In this document: piece after piece, positions 63,009 to 64,000 of the stretch
Numbering within the stretch: position 1 is the first letter of the stretch
Layout: every line of letters starts with the position of its first letter
From: Synechococcus sp.
GTDB taxonomy: Bacteria > Cyanobacteriota > Cyanobacteriia > PCC-6307 > Cyanobiaceae
NCBI GenBank assembly: GCA_047284725.1
Contig: JBJBEO010000001.1
Coordinates: 32,001-96,000, forward strand
Reading direction: 5' to 3'
DNA: 64,000 bases
Position numbers and translations under genes: made by a program
Notes under the pieces: generated by a model
The model's input: the letters and a program-made list of their open reading frames with translations, nothing else
Told to the model about the DNA's origin: nothing
The model's database searches: none

Positions 63009-63026
63009 CATCAACGTCGATTACAC
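63009..63026 (+). repeat. Right att-like direct repeat (displaced copy of the argJ 3' end)
   Basis: CATCAACGTCGATTACAC; context reads YVSINVDYTPW versus argJ YVRINADYTT*. Confidence 0.85.
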
Positions 63027-63078
63027 GCCCTGGAAATCACGAAATCCGCCAGGGCAAACCATCAGCAGAGCTGTCAAG

Positions 63079-63768
63079 ATGGCTGCGCTGTTCGATCCCG
63101 TCGCTGTACCCGTGGAGAACCAGCCCCAAGTCGAACACAAGACGAAGCGACGGCCCCAGTTCTGGATCGGTCCGGTGGTGGCCGGTAGTTGTTTCGCTCT
63201 CGGTTTTGGGGTGACGCAGCGATTCTTGGCACTCCAGGGGGGGGAGGCGCCGACGGCTCAGCAAACCTTTGGCGCCCAGCGTTTCCCTGGGCATTCGCTT
63301 GAAAGTCTCACAACGGCTCCTGCAGACACGGAGCGACCTCTGATTGCGGATGTGGCCGCCCGTGAGGCCGAGCTTGCCAAGACCCGACCACCGAAACCCA
63401 AGAAAACAATCGACAAGGCCCAGCAAGAGGCCGCGCGTCTGGCCGATGAGGCTCGACAGCGCCGCGAGAGCACCGCTGCCCTGAGAGCTCCTGTGGTGCC
63501 CGCAGCCGCGGTGACGGTGCTCGATGAGTCTGAGAGCTTGGCTGCGCCTGAACTGCCACCGCAGGCTGAGGAAGAGCAAGCACCGACTGAGATCCAGCCG
63601 CTGCCGGCAGAGCTCCCCTTCCCTGCCCAGGATCCAGTGGCCCCGTTGGCGGTCGAACCCCTTGACGAACCTCCCGTCACCCCCGCAGCACCCATCCCGG
63701 AGGTCACCTCTGCACCGATCCCGGTTCCCTTAGCCGTGCCCGCTCCAGCGGCCCCGCCTGCTCCCTGA
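63079..63768 (+). CDS. Hypothetical membrane-anchored Pro/Ala/Glu-rich protein
   Basis: FWIGPVVAGSCFALGFGVTQR TM, FPG.SL..L, low-complexity tail; GC returns to core level. Confidence 0.75.
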   Translation: MAALFDPVAVPVENQPQVEHKTKRRPQFWIGPVVAGSCFALGFGVTQRFLALQGGEAPTAQQTFGAQRFPGHSLESLTTAPADTERPLIADVAAREAELAKTRPPKPKKTIDKAQQEAARLADEARQRRESTAALRAPVVPAAAVTVLDESESLAAPELPPQAEEEQAPTEIQPLPAELPFPAQDPVAPLAVEPLDEPPVTPAAPIPEVTSAPIPVPLAVPAPAAPPAP

Positions 63769-63833
63769 CGCGCGCCCCTTCAGCATTCCTGGATTGAGAT
63801 CTGCCACAGTCGGGGCATTCCGGCAATGAGGTC

Positions 63834-64000
63834 ATGCCCTCTCCAGATGTGCTGCTCAAGGCCACGGTGAGTCGGTTGGCTGCGCGGCTGGGCCATGGCC
63901 TGGCAGAGGCTGCTGCGGAGGCCGCGGTTCTGGCACAGGATGCGCCGGAGCGGCTGCGGCGCGAATGGGACCTGTTTCAGGAAGAAGTGCAGGCTGAGGC
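63834..64000 (+). CDS. Conserved hypothetical protein (3'-truncated by window edge)
   Basis: MPSPDVLLKATVSRLAARLG...AQDAPERLRREWDLFQEEVQAE, open to the window end; GAGG upstream. Confidence 0.65.
   Translation, partial: MPSPDVLLKATVSRLAARLGHGLAEAAAEAAVLAQDAPERLRREWDLFQEEVQAE

Larger units (their letters stand above)
58484..63026. mobile_element. Decayed integrative element / genomic island inserted in the argJ 3' end
   Basis: Flanking direct repeat CATCAACG(C/T)CGATTACAC, AT-richer interior, integrase and resolvase relics; core-type genes resume right after. Confidence 0.8.

Overview
Core-genome stretch of a marine picocyanobacterium (Synechococcus-like, inferred from gene content, GC-rich codon usage and synteny). 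It runs from a 5'-truncated valS through an ABC-2 exporter, ligA, mnmG-dnaB-rplI, two delta-9 desaturases, gcvHP, a pirin/FMN-reductase/rubrerythrin/flv1/flv3 redox cluster, a TRAP transporter, hsp20, MEKHLA-SWIM-SNF2, alaS, speA, ndk, thiO, gatB, coaE and argJ. Three accessory modules stand out. (1) A decaying ~4.5 kb integrative element inserted into the 3' end of argJ, bounded by a 17/18-bp direct repeat (58484-58501 and 63009-63026). It carries frameshifted tyrosine-integrase and serine-resolvase relics that the ORF track does not show as recombinases, plus two intact convergent cargo genes: a TPR protein with a recent 102-bp duplication and an AT-rich protein with Rubisco-LSMT/SETD3-like SET-domain motifs. 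(2) A solute-binding lipoprotein with no ABC partner, translationally coupled to an MscS-family channel and followed by a second one. (3) An AT-richer RND efflux pair between alaS and speA. No tRNA, rRNA or CRISPR array was recognised. All calls come from reading motifs by eye; no database searches were run.
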